Source: Candidatus Woesearchaeota archaeon
GTDB lineage: Archaea; Nanobdellota; Nanobdellia; Woesearchaeales; ARS49
Assembly (NCBI GenBank): GCA_038850615.1
Contig: JAWCLR010000003.1
Span: forward strand, 1,506-65,505
Length of the DNA: 64,000 bases
Reading direction: 5' to 3'
Under the pieces are notes generated by a model. The model was not told the origin of the DNA. It ran no database searches and worked only from the letters and a program-made list of their open reading frames with translations. Below, in pieces: positions 18,017 to 27,268 of the stretch; the stretch's first letter is position 1; each line of letters begins with the position of its first letter. The position numbers and the translations under genes are program-made.

Positions 18017-18471
18017 AAACAGTCCACATCGGCGCAGACCATGCAGGATTCAAGCTCAAGCAGGAACTGAAAAAATTCCTTGACCACGCAGGATACCGCG
18101 TTGTTGACGAAGGCGCATTTGAACTAAACCCACAGGATGACTATCCTGTTTATGCGTACAAGGTAGCAAAGGCGGTTTCAAAAGGGAAAGGCATGGGAAT
18201 CCTTATTTGCGGAAGCGCAGAAGGAGTAAGCATTGCGGCAAACAAGGTCAAGGGAATACGTGCAGTCGCGGTGTGGACCCTCTGCAATGCCCGACTAAGC
18301 AGGCAACACAATGACGCAAACGTCCTCTGCCTCTCAGGATGGGAATTATCCCTGAATCACGCAAAAAAAATCGCAAAGTTATGGCTGGAAACAAAATTCT
18401 CAGGCGAAGAAAGACACAAAAGAAGACTGGAAGAAATAAAGAGGATAGAAAATGGAAAAGCGCCAAGTTGA
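18013..18471 (+). CDS. rpiB: Ribose-5-phosphate isomerase B
   Basis: IGADHAGFKLKQELKKFL...GILICGSAEGVSIAANKVKGIRA...RQHNDANVLCL. Confidence 0.85.
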   Translation: MKTVHIGADHAGFKLKQELKKFLDHAGYRVVDEGAFELNPQDDYPVYAYKVAKAVSKGKGMGILICGSAEGVSIAANKVKGIRAVAVWTLCNARLSRQHNDANVLCLSGWELSLNHAKKIAKLWLETKFSGEERHKRRLEEIKRIENGKAPS

Positions 18472-19102
18472 GATAGTTCCCTCACTATTGTGCAAGACAA
18501 AAAAAGAATTCCTCGCAAAACTCAGGAGGATTGAGCCGTACGTAAAAAGAGCCCAGTTTGACATAATGGACAACAAATTCGTGCCAAACAAGACAGTCCA
18601 GCCAAAAGAATTCAAGGGGCTAAAAACAAGCGTTGAAATAGAATGCCAATTAATGGTCAAGAACCCTGCAGAATACCTGTCAGACTGCCTTAACATGAAC
18701 GCAAAAAGAATAATCTTCCATTACGAATCACTAAAAGACACCAAAAAAATCCTTGCCCTCATCAACCAGCTAATAACAAGAGGCTTGCAGGCAGGAATAG
18801 CAATAAACCCAAAAACACCAGCAACAAAAATCAAGCGATTCCTCAAGCTCGTTGACGTGGTACTCGTGATGACTGTCAAGCCAGGCTTCGGCGGACAAAA
18901 ACTAATCCCAAGCACCCTCAAAAAAGTCACGCAAATCCGAAAATGGGCTCCAAAACTGGACATAGAAGTTGACGGCGGAATAAACAAGGACACAGCACCC
19001 CTTGCAGTAAAAGCAGGCGCAAACATCCTCGTAGCAGGCAATGCAATACACAAGGCAAAAACAGTGCCAGAAGGACTTGAGGCAATAAGAAGCAAGATTT
19101 AA
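18452..19102 (+). CDS. rpe: Ribulose-phosphate 3-epimerase
   Basis: IVPSLL...FDIMDNKFVPN...MTVKPGFGGQK...DGGIN...AGANILVAG. Confidence 0.85.
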   Translation: MEKRQVEIVPSLLCKTKKEFLAKLRRIEPYVKRAQFDIMDNKFVPNKTVQPKEFKGLKTSVEIECQLMVKNPAEYLSDCLNMNAKRIIFHYESLKDTKKILALINQLITRGLQAGIAINPKTPATKIKRFLKLVDVVLVMTVKPGFGGQKLIPSTLKKVTQIRKWAPKLDIEVDGGINKDTAPLAVKAGANILVAGNAIHKAKTVPEGLEAIRSKI

Positions 19103-19148
19103 ATAATCAACAACCGAAAGTTCTTGACGGAAAAAGAGGTTAAAAAAA

Positions 19149-20000
19149 ATGCAGTTCAAGAAAATCAAAGACATCAAGAAACTAAACATTATTGCAAACA
19201 CGCTCAGGCAGGACATAATAAAGATGATTTCTACCGCAGGCTCCGGACATCCTGCAGGCTCGCTTGGAATGGCAGACGTCTTCACCGCGCTATACTTCAA
19301 TGTCCTAAAGCACGACCCGAAAAAGCCAGACTGGCCAGAAAGAGACATTCTTGTACTTAGTAACGGACATATTTGCCCAGCAAGATACGCAGCAATGGCC
19401 CACTCAGGATACTTTCCTGTAAAGGAACTAATGACGCTGAGGAAATTCGGCTCAAGGCTGCAAGGACACCCTCACAGGAATGCACTGCCTGGACTGGAAA
19501 CAACATCAGGACCACTCGGCTGCGGAATCTCACAAGCAGCAGGAATGGCGCTCGCATTGAGAATGGACAAAAAACCAAACCACGTTTACTGCATAACAAG
19601 CGACGGGGAGCACGACGAAGGAAACACGTGGGAAGGAATAATGTTTGCGAACAAAATGCAGTTAAGCAACCTCACAGTAATCATTGACCGCAACAACATA
19701 CAGATTGACGGCCACACTGAAGAAGTAATGCCATTGGAACCATTAAGGGAGAAATACGAGGCATTTGGCTGGCACGTCATTGAAATAGACGGGCATAACA
19801 TGCAGGAAATCATTGACGCCCTTGAAAACAGCAAAGAACACGACTTACCCACCTGCATAATCGCGCACACAACGCCAGGTAAGGGAGTCTCATTCATGGA
19901 AAACGACCCTGAATGGCACGGAAAAGCGCCAAACGAGGAACAAACCAAGAAAGCGCTTCAGGAGCTTGAAGCAGAACGCAAAAAACTCGAGAAAAAATGA
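19149..20000 (+). CDS. Transketolase, N-terminal (thiamine-diphosphate-binding) subunit
   Basis: GSGHPAGSLGMADVF...LSNGH...GPLGCGISQAAGMA...SDGEHDEGNTWE. Confidence 0.9.
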   Translation: MQFKKIKDIKKLNIIANTLRQDIIKMISTAGSGHPAGSLGMADVFTALYFNVLKHDPKKPDWPERDILVLSNGHICPARYAAMAHSGYFPVKELMTLRKFGSRLQGHPHRNALPGLETTSGPLGCGISQAAGMALALRMDKKPNHVYCITSDGEHDEGNTWEGIMFANKMQLSNLTVIIDRNNIQIDGHTEEVMPLEPLREKYEAFGWHVIEIDGHNMQEIIDALENSKEHDLPTCIIAHTTPGKGVSFMENDPEWHGKAPNEEQTKKALQELEAERKKLEKK

Positions 20001-21274
20001 CAGACTCAATCATGTTCACAAAGCCAGAACTTAAGGCAACCAGAACAGGATTCGGAGAAGGAATAGTTATTGCCGCAGAAAAAAACAAAAACATTGTTGC
20101 TCTCTGCGCAGACCTTACAGAAAGCACACGCCTGACAGAATTCAAAAAAAGATTCCCTGAAAGATTTATTGAAGTGGGTGTTGCAGAACAAAACCTTGCA
20201 ACAATAGCAGCAGGAATGGCAGCAATGGGAAAAATACCATTTATCGCATCATTTGCAGTATTCAATCCAGGCAGGAACTGGGAGCAAATAAGGACAACGA
20301 TATGCTACAATGACGTCCCTGTCAAGATTGTCGGATCGCACGCAGGACTAGCAACAGGCGAGGACGGCGCAACACATCAAGGAACAGAAGACATTGCCCT
20401 GATGCGCTCGCTGCCTAACATGACGGTGATTGTTCCTTGCGATGCAATAGAAGCAAGAAAAGCAACAATTGCAGCAGCAAAAACAAAAGGACCCGTCTAC
20501 CTGAGGCTTGCAAGGGACAAAACACCAACAATAACTGAAGAAGAAACAGGTTTTGAGATTGGCAAAGCGCAAACACTAAAGGAAGGAAAGGACGTCACAA
20601 TAATCGCCTGCGGACCAGTTGTTTATCAGGCATTGATTGCCGCGCAAATGCTTGAAAAACAAGGAATAAGCGCACAAGTAATCAACAACCACACGATAAA
20701 ACCAATTGACAAAAAAACCCTGATAAGCGCAGCAAGAAAAACAGGCGCTTTCGTCACAGTAGAAGACCACCAAATAATTGGCGGGTTGGGAAGCGCTGTT
20801 GCAGAAGCAGTTTCAGAAGCATTCCCAATCCCAATAAAGCGCCTGGGAGTGCAGGACTCATTTGGCGAAAGCGGCAAATCAATAGAATTATGGGAAAAAC
20901 ACGGCATGACAGCAAAACACATTGCAAGGGCAGCAGAAGAGACAATTATGCTGAAAGAATCCTGCGCAGGAAGACACCCAATGACATTTGAGCCACAAGA
21001 AGCAGGAAGATTACTTTCAGAAATCGCGCCAGAACAATACTTCAGACTATGGGGCGGAGAAATAATCAAGACAGTGCCAGAACTTGAGAAAGCGCTGGAA
21101 AAAATGCCACAAGAAACATTCCACCACCACGTCAACAAGAACAAGAACGACTTCAGCCAATGGATTCAAGACTGCTTTGGCGACAAAATCCTTGCAGAAG
21201 AACTAAAGAAAAGAAACAGCAAGGAAGCAATGGCTGAAATCATCAAAAAAAGGCTGAAGGAAGCAAAAAAATAA
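19997..21274 (+). CDS. Transketolase C-terminal subunit fused to a ~95-aa KNDFxxW domain
   Basis: FGEGIV...ERFIEVGVAEQNLATIAAGMA...THQGTEDIALMR, then the extra tail ...YFRLWGGEIIKTVPELEKALEKMPQETFHHHVNKNKNDFSQWIQDCFGDKILAEEL... Confidence 0.85.
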   Translation: MTDSIMFTKPELKATRTGFGEGIVIAAEKNKNIVALCADLTESTRLTEFKKRFPERFIEVGVAEQNLATIAAGMAAMGKIPFIASFAVFNPGRNWEQIRTTICYNDVPVKIVGSHAGLATGEDGATHQGTEDIALMRSLPNMTVIVPCDAIEARKATIAAAKTKGPVYLRLARDKTPTITEEETGFEIGKAQTLKEGKDVTIIACGPVVYQALIAAQMLEKQGISAQVINNHTIKPIDKKTLISAARKTGAFVTVEDHQIIGGLGSAVAEAVSEAFPIPIKRLGVQDSFGESGKSIELWEKHGMTAKHIARAAEETIMLKESCAGRHPMTFEPQEAGRLLSEIAPEQYFRLWGGEIIKTVPELEKALEKMPQETFHHHVNKNKNDFSQWIQDCFGDKILAEELKKRNSKEAMAEIIKKRLKEAKK

Positions 21275-21496
21275 TCACAATTTTCCTTCATTAACTGCTT
21301 TCTTTAGCGCCTTCCGGAGCATTTCCAACTGCTTTTTGTTCATATCCGCAATCTTCTTCCACATAACTACAAAATCATGATGCCCGCACTTCTTGGCATC
21401 CTTTATGTATTGCTCAAAACGCCACAAATCATCCGTGACACGCGCTAAGTGATGCACGATATCGTGCTCGCAGTCAGGGATACAATACTTCTTCAT
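21275..21496 (-). CDS. Hypothetical small His/Cys-containing protein
   Basis: 73-aa ORF MKKYCIPDCEHDIVHHLARVTDDLWRFEQYIKDAKKCGHHDF...; sits next to the VIT1 gene on the same strand. Confidence 0.45.
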   Translation of the reverse strand: MKKYCIPDCEHDIVHHLARVTDDLWRFEQYIKDAKKCGHHDFVVMWKKIADMNKKQLEMLRKALKKAVNEGKL

Positions 21497-21509
21497 ATTC
21501 TCACCTCAT

Positions 21510-22235
21510 TCATATTGTTACTCCAAGAAACATTCCAATCGCATAACTAACTATTGCAGCAGCCATTCCAATGCAGGCAAGCTCAAGCCCAGACTTCCAC
21601 CAAACACCCACTGTTATTTTTGCTTTTATTGCTCCAACAATGAACAATGCAAGAGTGCAAACCGCCAGCGAAACCCACACAGATGCAAATGCAGAAAGGA
21701 AAAAGAACGGAAGCAAAGGAATTAATGAACCAACAATGCTTGCAACACCAACAACAACACCCGCCCTCAAAGGGTCGTGGTATTCCTCAGGAAAAACTTT
21801 CAACTCCTCAGCCATCATGGTATCAAGCCACAATCTTCTTGAGGATGTTATCCTGTTGACAATCCTGTTGAGCAATCTCCCCCTAAAGCCCTTGTGGTAA
21901 TAAATGTCAGCAATCTCCTTTTTTTCCTGAGCTGGCGTCTTCCGGATTTCAATAAGTTCCTTTTTCCTGAGGCTCAAATAGTATTCCTTCGCAGCCTTTG
22001 TGCTCGTGTAAGCAACAGCACCCATGGAAATGCTTTCCGCAAAAGTGGCTGCAAGACCTGAAATAATGACAATCCTTGTGCTCATTGTCGCAGCAGCCAC
22101 GCCAAGCACAATACCCAGCACGTTGACTAAGCCATCCTGCCCGCCAAGAATGATTTCGCTCAGCCTTGAACCCCAACCGTTATGCACTGGTTCAGGACCA
22201 AGCACGTGCTCGTGACTCACCATCTTTTCCAACAC
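21510..22235 (-). CDS. VIT1/CCC1-family iron/manganese transporter
   Basis: LSEIILGGQDGLVNVLGIVLGVA and five transmembrane helices in the family's usual layout. Confidence 0.75.
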   Translation of the reverse strand: MLEKMVSHEHVLGPEPVHNGWGSRLSEIILGGQDGLVNVLGIVLGVAAATMSTRIVIISGLAATFAESISMGAVAYTSTKAAKEYYLSLRKKELIEIRKTPAQEKKEIADIYYHKGFRGRLLNRIVNRITSSRRLWLDTMMAEELKVFPEEYHDPLRAGVVVGVASIVGSLIPLLPFFFLSAFASVWVSLAVCTLALFIVGAIKAKITVGVWWKSGLELACIGMAAAIVSYAIGMFLGVTI

Positions 22236-22324
22236 AAATAATTAACAATGCGTATTTAAACATTGCTTAAAAACGCAGGGTTTTTATACCCATTTTTACA
22301 TCCCACGCAAAAAAGAGTGAGTAG

Positions 22325-22888
22325 ATGAAAAAGCTTGCAGTGTTGTTGCTGGCATTGTTTGTTGTGCCTTGTGTTCTTGCTGAGGTTGTGAAAGAGTCGC
22401 GCACTGTTGCAATGCAAAGCACACTCATAACTCCAGGATACGAATATGCTGTTGTCACAGGGGTTAACAGCCTTGACAGGCCGATAAGCATCCAGCAGTG
22501 GAATATGAAGGCGATCCTGGGTCCGTCATACGCATTCTGCGAATTCCAGCCCACAATACTGCCACCAGGGGCTTTTGCAGTGAACGTGGCGATCCAGTGC
22601 CAGACAAGGTCAGGATTCACAACAATGTTCACGAAAGGCACAATGGTTGCCATAGAAACATATGTCCCTGAAGACGTTCCAGCAGGCTCATTCAGCATCG
22701 ACACAATAACCGTTGAGACAAAGCCCAGACTGCTTACCACCGCATTCCCGATTGTAGCAGTATCAGGCACATATGTCCTTCAGGCGCAACCAAGCAACGC
22801 AGGCTCGTTCATATTCCTTGCAGGAATCGGCGCAATAATCACACTGGCAATAACAGTAATTCTGTTCTCATTGTTGCGAAGAGAATAA
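22325..22888 (+). CDS. Secreted protein with a C-terminal membrane anchor, hypothetical
   Basis: Signal peptide MKKLAVLLLALFVVPCVLA and the C-terminal FIFLAGIGAIITLAITVILFSLLRRE. Confidence 0.55.
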   Translation: MKKLAVLLLALFVVPCVLAEVVKESRTVAMQSTLITPGYEYAVVTGVNSLDRPISIQQWNMKAILGPSYAFCEFQPTILPPGAFAVNVAIQCQTRSGFTTMFTKGTMVAIETYVPEDVPAGSFSIDTITVETKPRLLTTAFPIVAVSGTYVLQAQPSNAGSFIFLAGIGAIITLAITVILFSLLRRE

Positions 22889-23054
22889 ATAATGCAACAA
22901 CAACCAATTACAGTGACGTCACCAACGGTAATGGCATCTCTTCATTATTTATTCCGAGCTGGTGAATAAGCTGACGAGCAAGCAGAACCGCCCCAGAGGC
23001 ATGCAGGCAGCGAGGCCGCTGTCCGCAGGATGACCACCACGATCGATAAAGAAG

Positions 23055-23666
23055 TTACTGCCTTTCGTATGAGTAGCCAGTCATCTGCTTCTCGCCAAGA
23101 ATTGGGGAAGGCATATAGTACGCCTGCTTTGTAATCTTGCCAATAAGCACAGTATCACCAGAAGGCCTTGGGTCCTTGTCATCCCGGGGCTCTCGCGTAA
23201 CAACAACAAAGTCAAACGGGTCAAAATACTTCTGCATACTGAATTGCATGCTTCCAACACCGCCTCCAATAGTATCAAACACACCAAGGCTCAAATAATA
23301 TCCTGATTCAGGGTCATAAAGCCACGCCTGATACATGCTGTTGTCATAATCAGAAGGCCTCAAGTCCTTAACCTTAAGCAGGATATTGCCCAGAGGAACA
23401 TACGGGCTGCGCTGGCTCTGGATCCTCGCAGTGCCGCGCGGATAGTAATGCGGCTGCCCTGTTGCGAAAACAGGCGGCTCTGGTGGCTCAAGATAAACCC
23501 ATGTGTCCTGCTTGAATGTCTGGACGCGCGGGTCGTAAAAGTACTCATTAAACCTCTGAACCCCGCCCTCGCGGAACTTGATGTCCTCTGGCTTGATATA
23601 AACATAGCCTATCACAAAAGGGGCCAACAGCAGGAATGCGATTCCGATGGCAACAAGCTTCCTCAC
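23055..23666 (-). CDS. Secreted protein with an RskA-like (anti-sigma-K C-terminal) domain, paralogue 1
   Basis: N-terminal signal/anchor, then ...YQAWLYDPESGYYLSLGVFDT...FDFVVVTREPRDDKDPRPSGDTVLIG. Confidence 0.5.
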   Translation of the reverse strand: MRKLVAIGIAFLLLAPFVIGYVYIKPEDIKFREGGVQRFNEYFYDPRVQTFKQDTWVYLEPPEPPVFATGQPHYYPRGTARIQSQRSPYVPLGNILLKVKDLRPSDYDNSMYQAWLYDPESGYYLSLGVFDTIGGGVGSMQFSMQKYFDPFDFVVVTREPRDDKDPRPSGDTVLIGKITKQAYYMPSPILGEKQMTGYSYERQ

Positions 23667-24397
23667 GGCAGCCTCACCCCTTCTTTAAGCAGGCCTGACA
23701 AAATCACCTGGCCTGGCATCGGGTTGTCATCAGGGAAAGGCTCTATAGTGACCATCATTGAGTCAAAAGGCCAGAGAGGGACTACAGATTTATAATCAAG
23801 CGATGCCACCCTGCCGATGTTCGCGGGCTGGAAAAGCCCAAGACTCATTGAGTATCCTGTATCCTCATCCACAAGCCACAGTTCATAAAGAAACTCAGGG
23901 GCCAATGGTGGCAAATCCTTTGTCCTGAAAAAGACGGTTGCCAGAGGGAATCCGACGCCGTTGTCCTTTATGTTCACCACGCGGGCATACCCCTTTGGTG
24001 TGCCGTTGATTTGGGGTCGTGAAACAAGCCCAAGCCCAACAGGCTCAAGCTCAACGTATTTGTTGACAATGTGATACCCCCGCGCGCTCGCGTAATAATT
24101 GCTTATCGCGGAAGGGTCGCTTCCGCGCGGTATGAAGTCGTTATAAGGCAGGTTTGAGGCGCCCTCTTCCTCACCCTTCATTCCAAAACTGCCCCTGCTT
24201 GCAGCCTTTGCGCCATAACCGCCATAAGGCTTGACATAATTCATCCAATATCTGTTTGACGAAAATACAATATCCCTTGGCACAATCGTTGATTGGTACC
24301 ACGAATACCGCGTCTCAGCAGTGTAGCCTGTCTGGGTGGCAATAACCACTGCGCTCATCACGAGAAGGATAACAATGCCCAAAACAAGCTTCTGCAT
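23663..24397 (-). CDS. Secreted protein with an RskA-like domain, paralogue 2
   Basis: ...LYELWLVDEDTGYSMSLGLFQP...FDSMMVTIEPFPDDNPMPGQVILSG. Overlaps paralogue 1 by 4 nt. Confidence 0.5.
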   Translation of the reverse strand: MQKLVLGIVILLVMSAVVIATQTGYTAETRYSWYQSTIVPRDIVFSSNRYWMNYVKPYGGYGAKAASRGSFGMKGEEEGASNLPYNDFIPRGSDPSAISNYYASARGYHIVNKYVELEPVGLGLVSRPQINGTPKGYARVVNIKDNGVGFPLATVFFRTKDLPPLAPEFLYELWLVDEDTGYSMSLGLFQPANIGRVASLDYKSVVPLWPFDSMMVTIEPFPDDNPMPGQVILSGLLKEGVRLP

Positions 24398-24440
24398 TTT
24401 AAGTAATCACCTTTTTGTCACAAAACAGCGATATTCAGGT

Positions 24441-24923
24441 TTATAAACTTTGTGTTTGCGAAGGCGATGATGGATTATTCTCTGCAAGCGACCGGGCAGC
24501 ATTCTCAAGCGAAACACAGATGTAATTCACAGGAACAGCTGGCTCTTTTTTAACAATGCTCCGCCCTTTTCTCAATTGTTGCAAATCCCCAAGACTCAAA
24601 TGAATGTCATAAGTCCGCCTGTTCCAATAAACCGCATTTGAAGGCAAGCCCTCAAACCTGAACATTCCACGCAAGTAAGCTGTGAAAACGCATTTGTTGG
24701 GCTTGAGCCCTGAGCCTGATGTTTTTTTGCATTTTCTCCCTGATATTACTATTGAATTTTTGTCATACAAGCGTTCATCGCCAGCATCTTCCTGCGATTG
24801 CGGCTGGACAACCGGCTTTTCCATAATACCCTTAATCGACCTCTCGCGCTCTAGCGCCTCAACGTCCTCAACAGTAAGCGTTACATAAACTTCAAGGTTC
24901 TTGTCAATACGCCCCTTAAGCAT
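24441..24923 (-). CDS. Hypothetical protein
   Basis: 160-aa ORF with no recognisable motif and no signal peptide. Confidence 0.4.
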   Translation of the reverse strand: MLKGRIDKNLEVYVTLTVEDVEALERERSIKGIMEKPVVQPQSQEDAGDERLYDKNSIVISGRKCKKTSGSGLKPNKCVFTAYLRGMFRFEGLPSNAVYWNRRTYDIHLSLGDLQQLRKGRSIVKKEPAVPVNYICVSLENAARSLAENNPSSPSQTQSL

Positions 24924-24969
24924 AACACGGCAGAAACAATTTTTTGTTTTTAAAAGTAACTAGACAGGA

Positions 24970-25941
24970 TTAAATCCTTGCCCAAGGCATTGGCTTCTCC
25001 CGATTTACCACACCCGGGAAAAAGTTCTGGCCAGTGCACCTTCCTGCAATGCACGCGCAAGAACCGCCACAGTCCAAGGTCCCAGGCATGCATTCCATCG
25101 TGCACATTATCCTGCTGCAATCAGGCGCCTTTTCCTTAATCACGCAGTCAGCAGCATGGCAGCACTGCGCCTTTACACAGTCAGAATCCTCATCACACTC
25201 CGGAGGGAAAAGCTCTGGAAGAACACCCACTGTTGCAGGCATGGAAACAAGACTGCCGAGGGTAAAAGTCACGTTGTAAGTTCCTGGCTTTTCATACCTG
25301 TGAATTGCTGAGTATCTTGTTGGAACCTCTGCTTCAGGAAACCAAGGAACACAGCTTGGTGACAAAAATTCATCTTTGCCATCACCAAAACTCCACTTCA
25401 TAGGGACGCAGTAAAACCTTGCATCATTTGGTTCTGCATTCCTCAGAATTGCAGTAAGGTTAACAAGCAAGGGCGCCTCGCCAATCCGCGGGTTTGTCAT
25501 AACTTCTATTGAGGGACCAACAGGCAGGGGCGTTTCAAGCTTCACAATCACGCACCTGTTCTCAACACACTTGACACCCCTGTCGCCTGCGATGCCCGTA
25601 CAAAAATCAGGACAATCTCTTTCCTTGTCAACAAAAACATCATAATACTTCCTGTTGCCAACAAAGCACTGCCCTGTCCTTGGGTCAAAGCCGTCGCAAA
25701 TGCAGTCATCGTCAGCCTCGCAATAATCACTCCCTCTTTCAGGGCACGGTGCGAATTCACAATTGGGACCGACTCTTCCAACAACACTGCCGTCAGGACA
25801 GATTTTTGCCTCCTCTGTGCATGCACCAGGCTTCCGAAGCACCCCTTTAGGAGGAACAACAGCGCACGAACTTAAAAAAACAAATAAAAAAAGAAAAACA
25901 AGAAACTTATTCAATCTCAAACACCACCTGCACGCTTGCAC
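24970..25941 (-). CDS. Cys-rich secreted putative lipoprotein with a PKD-like domain
   Basis: FLFLFVFLSSC (lipobox LSSC), many Cys residues, and WSFGDGKDEF...HRYEKPGTYNVTFTL (PKD signature). Confidence 0.6.
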   Translation of the reverse strand: MQACRWCLRLNKFLVFLFLFVFLSSCAVVPPKGVLRKPGACTEEAKICPDGSVVGRVGPNCEFAPCPERGSDYCEADDDCICDGFDPRTGQCFVGNRKYYDVFVDKERDCPDFCTGIAGDRGVKCVENRCVIVKLETPLPVGPSIEVMTNPRIGEAPLLVNLTAILRNAEPNDARFYCVPMKWSFGDGKDEFLSPSCVPWFPEAEVPTRYSAIHRYEKPGTYNVTFTLGSLVSMPATVGVLPELFPPECDEDSDCVKAQCCHAADCVIKEKAPDCSRIMCTMECMPGTLDCGGSCACIAGRCTGQNFFPGVVNREKPMPWARI

Positions 25942-26632
25942 TCACGTCAAGCTCCTGAGGCATAATCGGCGGAGGAACTGCAGAATCCTTTGCAGCCATA
26001 ACCTCTGCCCCTGCGCGCATTATCGGGTACGCATAATACTCATTGATGCTCACGCTCACAACCTTTCCAAGACGCTTGCCAATGCCGTCAGCCAAAGCCT
26101 CTGCCTTGCTCTTTGCGTCCTGAACAGCGCGCTTCAGTGCCTCATTCTTAGCGTCCTTCTCAGCAACCTTGCTCAATTCAAAACTGATGCTGTTAACGCT
26201 TGTTGCGCCAGCATCAATGCCAACCTGTATGTAAGTGCCGACCTTCTTTATGTCATTAGTAGTTATTTTCAGCGAGTGGGATGCCTTGTAGCCAGCCTCA
26301 ACCTGGCGCTGCTTCTCATAATCCCAGTAAGTGTAGGGATAAACATTGTAATACGTCGTTTCCATGTCGCGCGAATCAAGCCCTGCACGCAATAACGCAT
26401 TCTGTACCGCGTCCATTATCCTGCTGTTCTTGTCCTGGGCCTCCTTTGCAGTCGTGCCATTTGTCTCAACCTGCAAATAAACAGTTGCCTGGTCAGGAAC
26501 TGCCTTGAACTGGCTTGAACCAGTTACAGTAATAACATCTTGCCTTTCTGTCGGCTGCTGCACCGTAATTGTGCACGCAGACAAAAGCAGTACTGCCAAA
26601 ACCATTCCGAAAATCATTGATAGTTTGTTCAT
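25907..26632 (-). CDS. SIMPL/DUF541-family putative lipoprotein
   Basis: MVLAVLLLSAC (lipobox), then ITVTGSSQFKAVPDQATVYLQVETNGTTAKEAQDKNSRIMDAVQNAL... Confidence 0.7.
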   Translation of the reverse strand: MNKLSMIFGMVLAVLLLSACTITVQQPTERQDVITVTGSSQFKAVPDQATVYLQVETNGTTAKEAQDKNSRIMDAVQNALLRAGLDSRDMETTYYNVYPYTYWDYEKQRQVEAGYKASHSLKITTNDIKKVGTYIQVGIDAGATSVNSISFELSKVAEKDAKNEALKRAVQDAKSKAEALADGIGKRLGKVVSVSINEYYAYPIMRAGAEVMAAKDSAVPPPIMPQELDVSASVQVVFEIE

Positions 26633-26668
26633 TTTTGCATCACCACTATGCGTATAGGAAAAGGACGC

Positions 26669-27241
26669 TTATATATTCTTTTTGTTGCTTAGGGATTTAC
26701 CTAACCAACCGTGCTTCTTCAGAAGCATTATCAAAACAACCAGCAACACAAGCGCCGCAGCTCCAAATAATATTAGCCAGACGGGTGAAGCAGCCTTAGC
26801 AATAGCTTCTGGGGCAGCGGCCAGCATCGGCGCAGACTCAGCAGCATCTTTTGCAACCATAAGCCTCTGAGCTCCTGCACCATAAGCAGCTCCTGCCCCA
26901 AAGAACTTAATCGCACTAATCACAGTTGCCGCAGCACTGAAAAGGAACAAACCAAGCACAAACCAAATAGCGGTGGTGTTGGGATGCAAAAGCATTCTCG
27001 CCTTTTGCGTGAGAGAATAATACTTCCACTTCCTTGCAGTCTCCTCCTTTTCAACAAGCTCTGCATCAACCAATGCCTTCAAGTGCTCGACAACAGTCGG
27101 CAGGCTCATTTTCAGCTCAGAAGCAATATCAGAAGGAGTCATCTGCTTCTTGTCAAGCAATTTCAAAATCCTCACCCTTGTCTCCCCAGCCAGTGCCTTC
27201 AGCGTCGGCTGGTCAAGGCAGATACGTTCCATAAGAACCAC
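26669..27241 (-). CDS. ArsR-type winged-helix regulator fused to C-terminal transmembrane helices
   Basis: LKALAGETRVRILKLLDKKQMTPSDIASELKMSLPTVVEHLKALVDAELV, then two hydrophobic helices. Confidence 0.65.
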   Translation of the reverse strand: MVLMERICLDQPTLKALAGETRVRILKLLDKKQMTPSDIASELKMSLPTVVEHLKALVDAELVEKEETARKWKYYSLTQKARMLLHPNTTAIWFVLGLFLFSAAATVISAIKFFGAGAAYGAGAQRLMVAKDAAESAPMLAAAPEAIAKAASPVWLILFGAAALVLLVVLIMLLKKHGWLGKSLSNKKNI

Positions 27242-27268
27242 GAAAAAAACCAGAGGGGTTTATAAGAC

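Noticed and set aside
22267-22770. A 167-aa minus-strand ORF.
   Set aside because: It is antisense to the signal-peptide-bearing ORF at 22325-22888, which has a ribosome-binding site and a coherent secreted-protein architecture.
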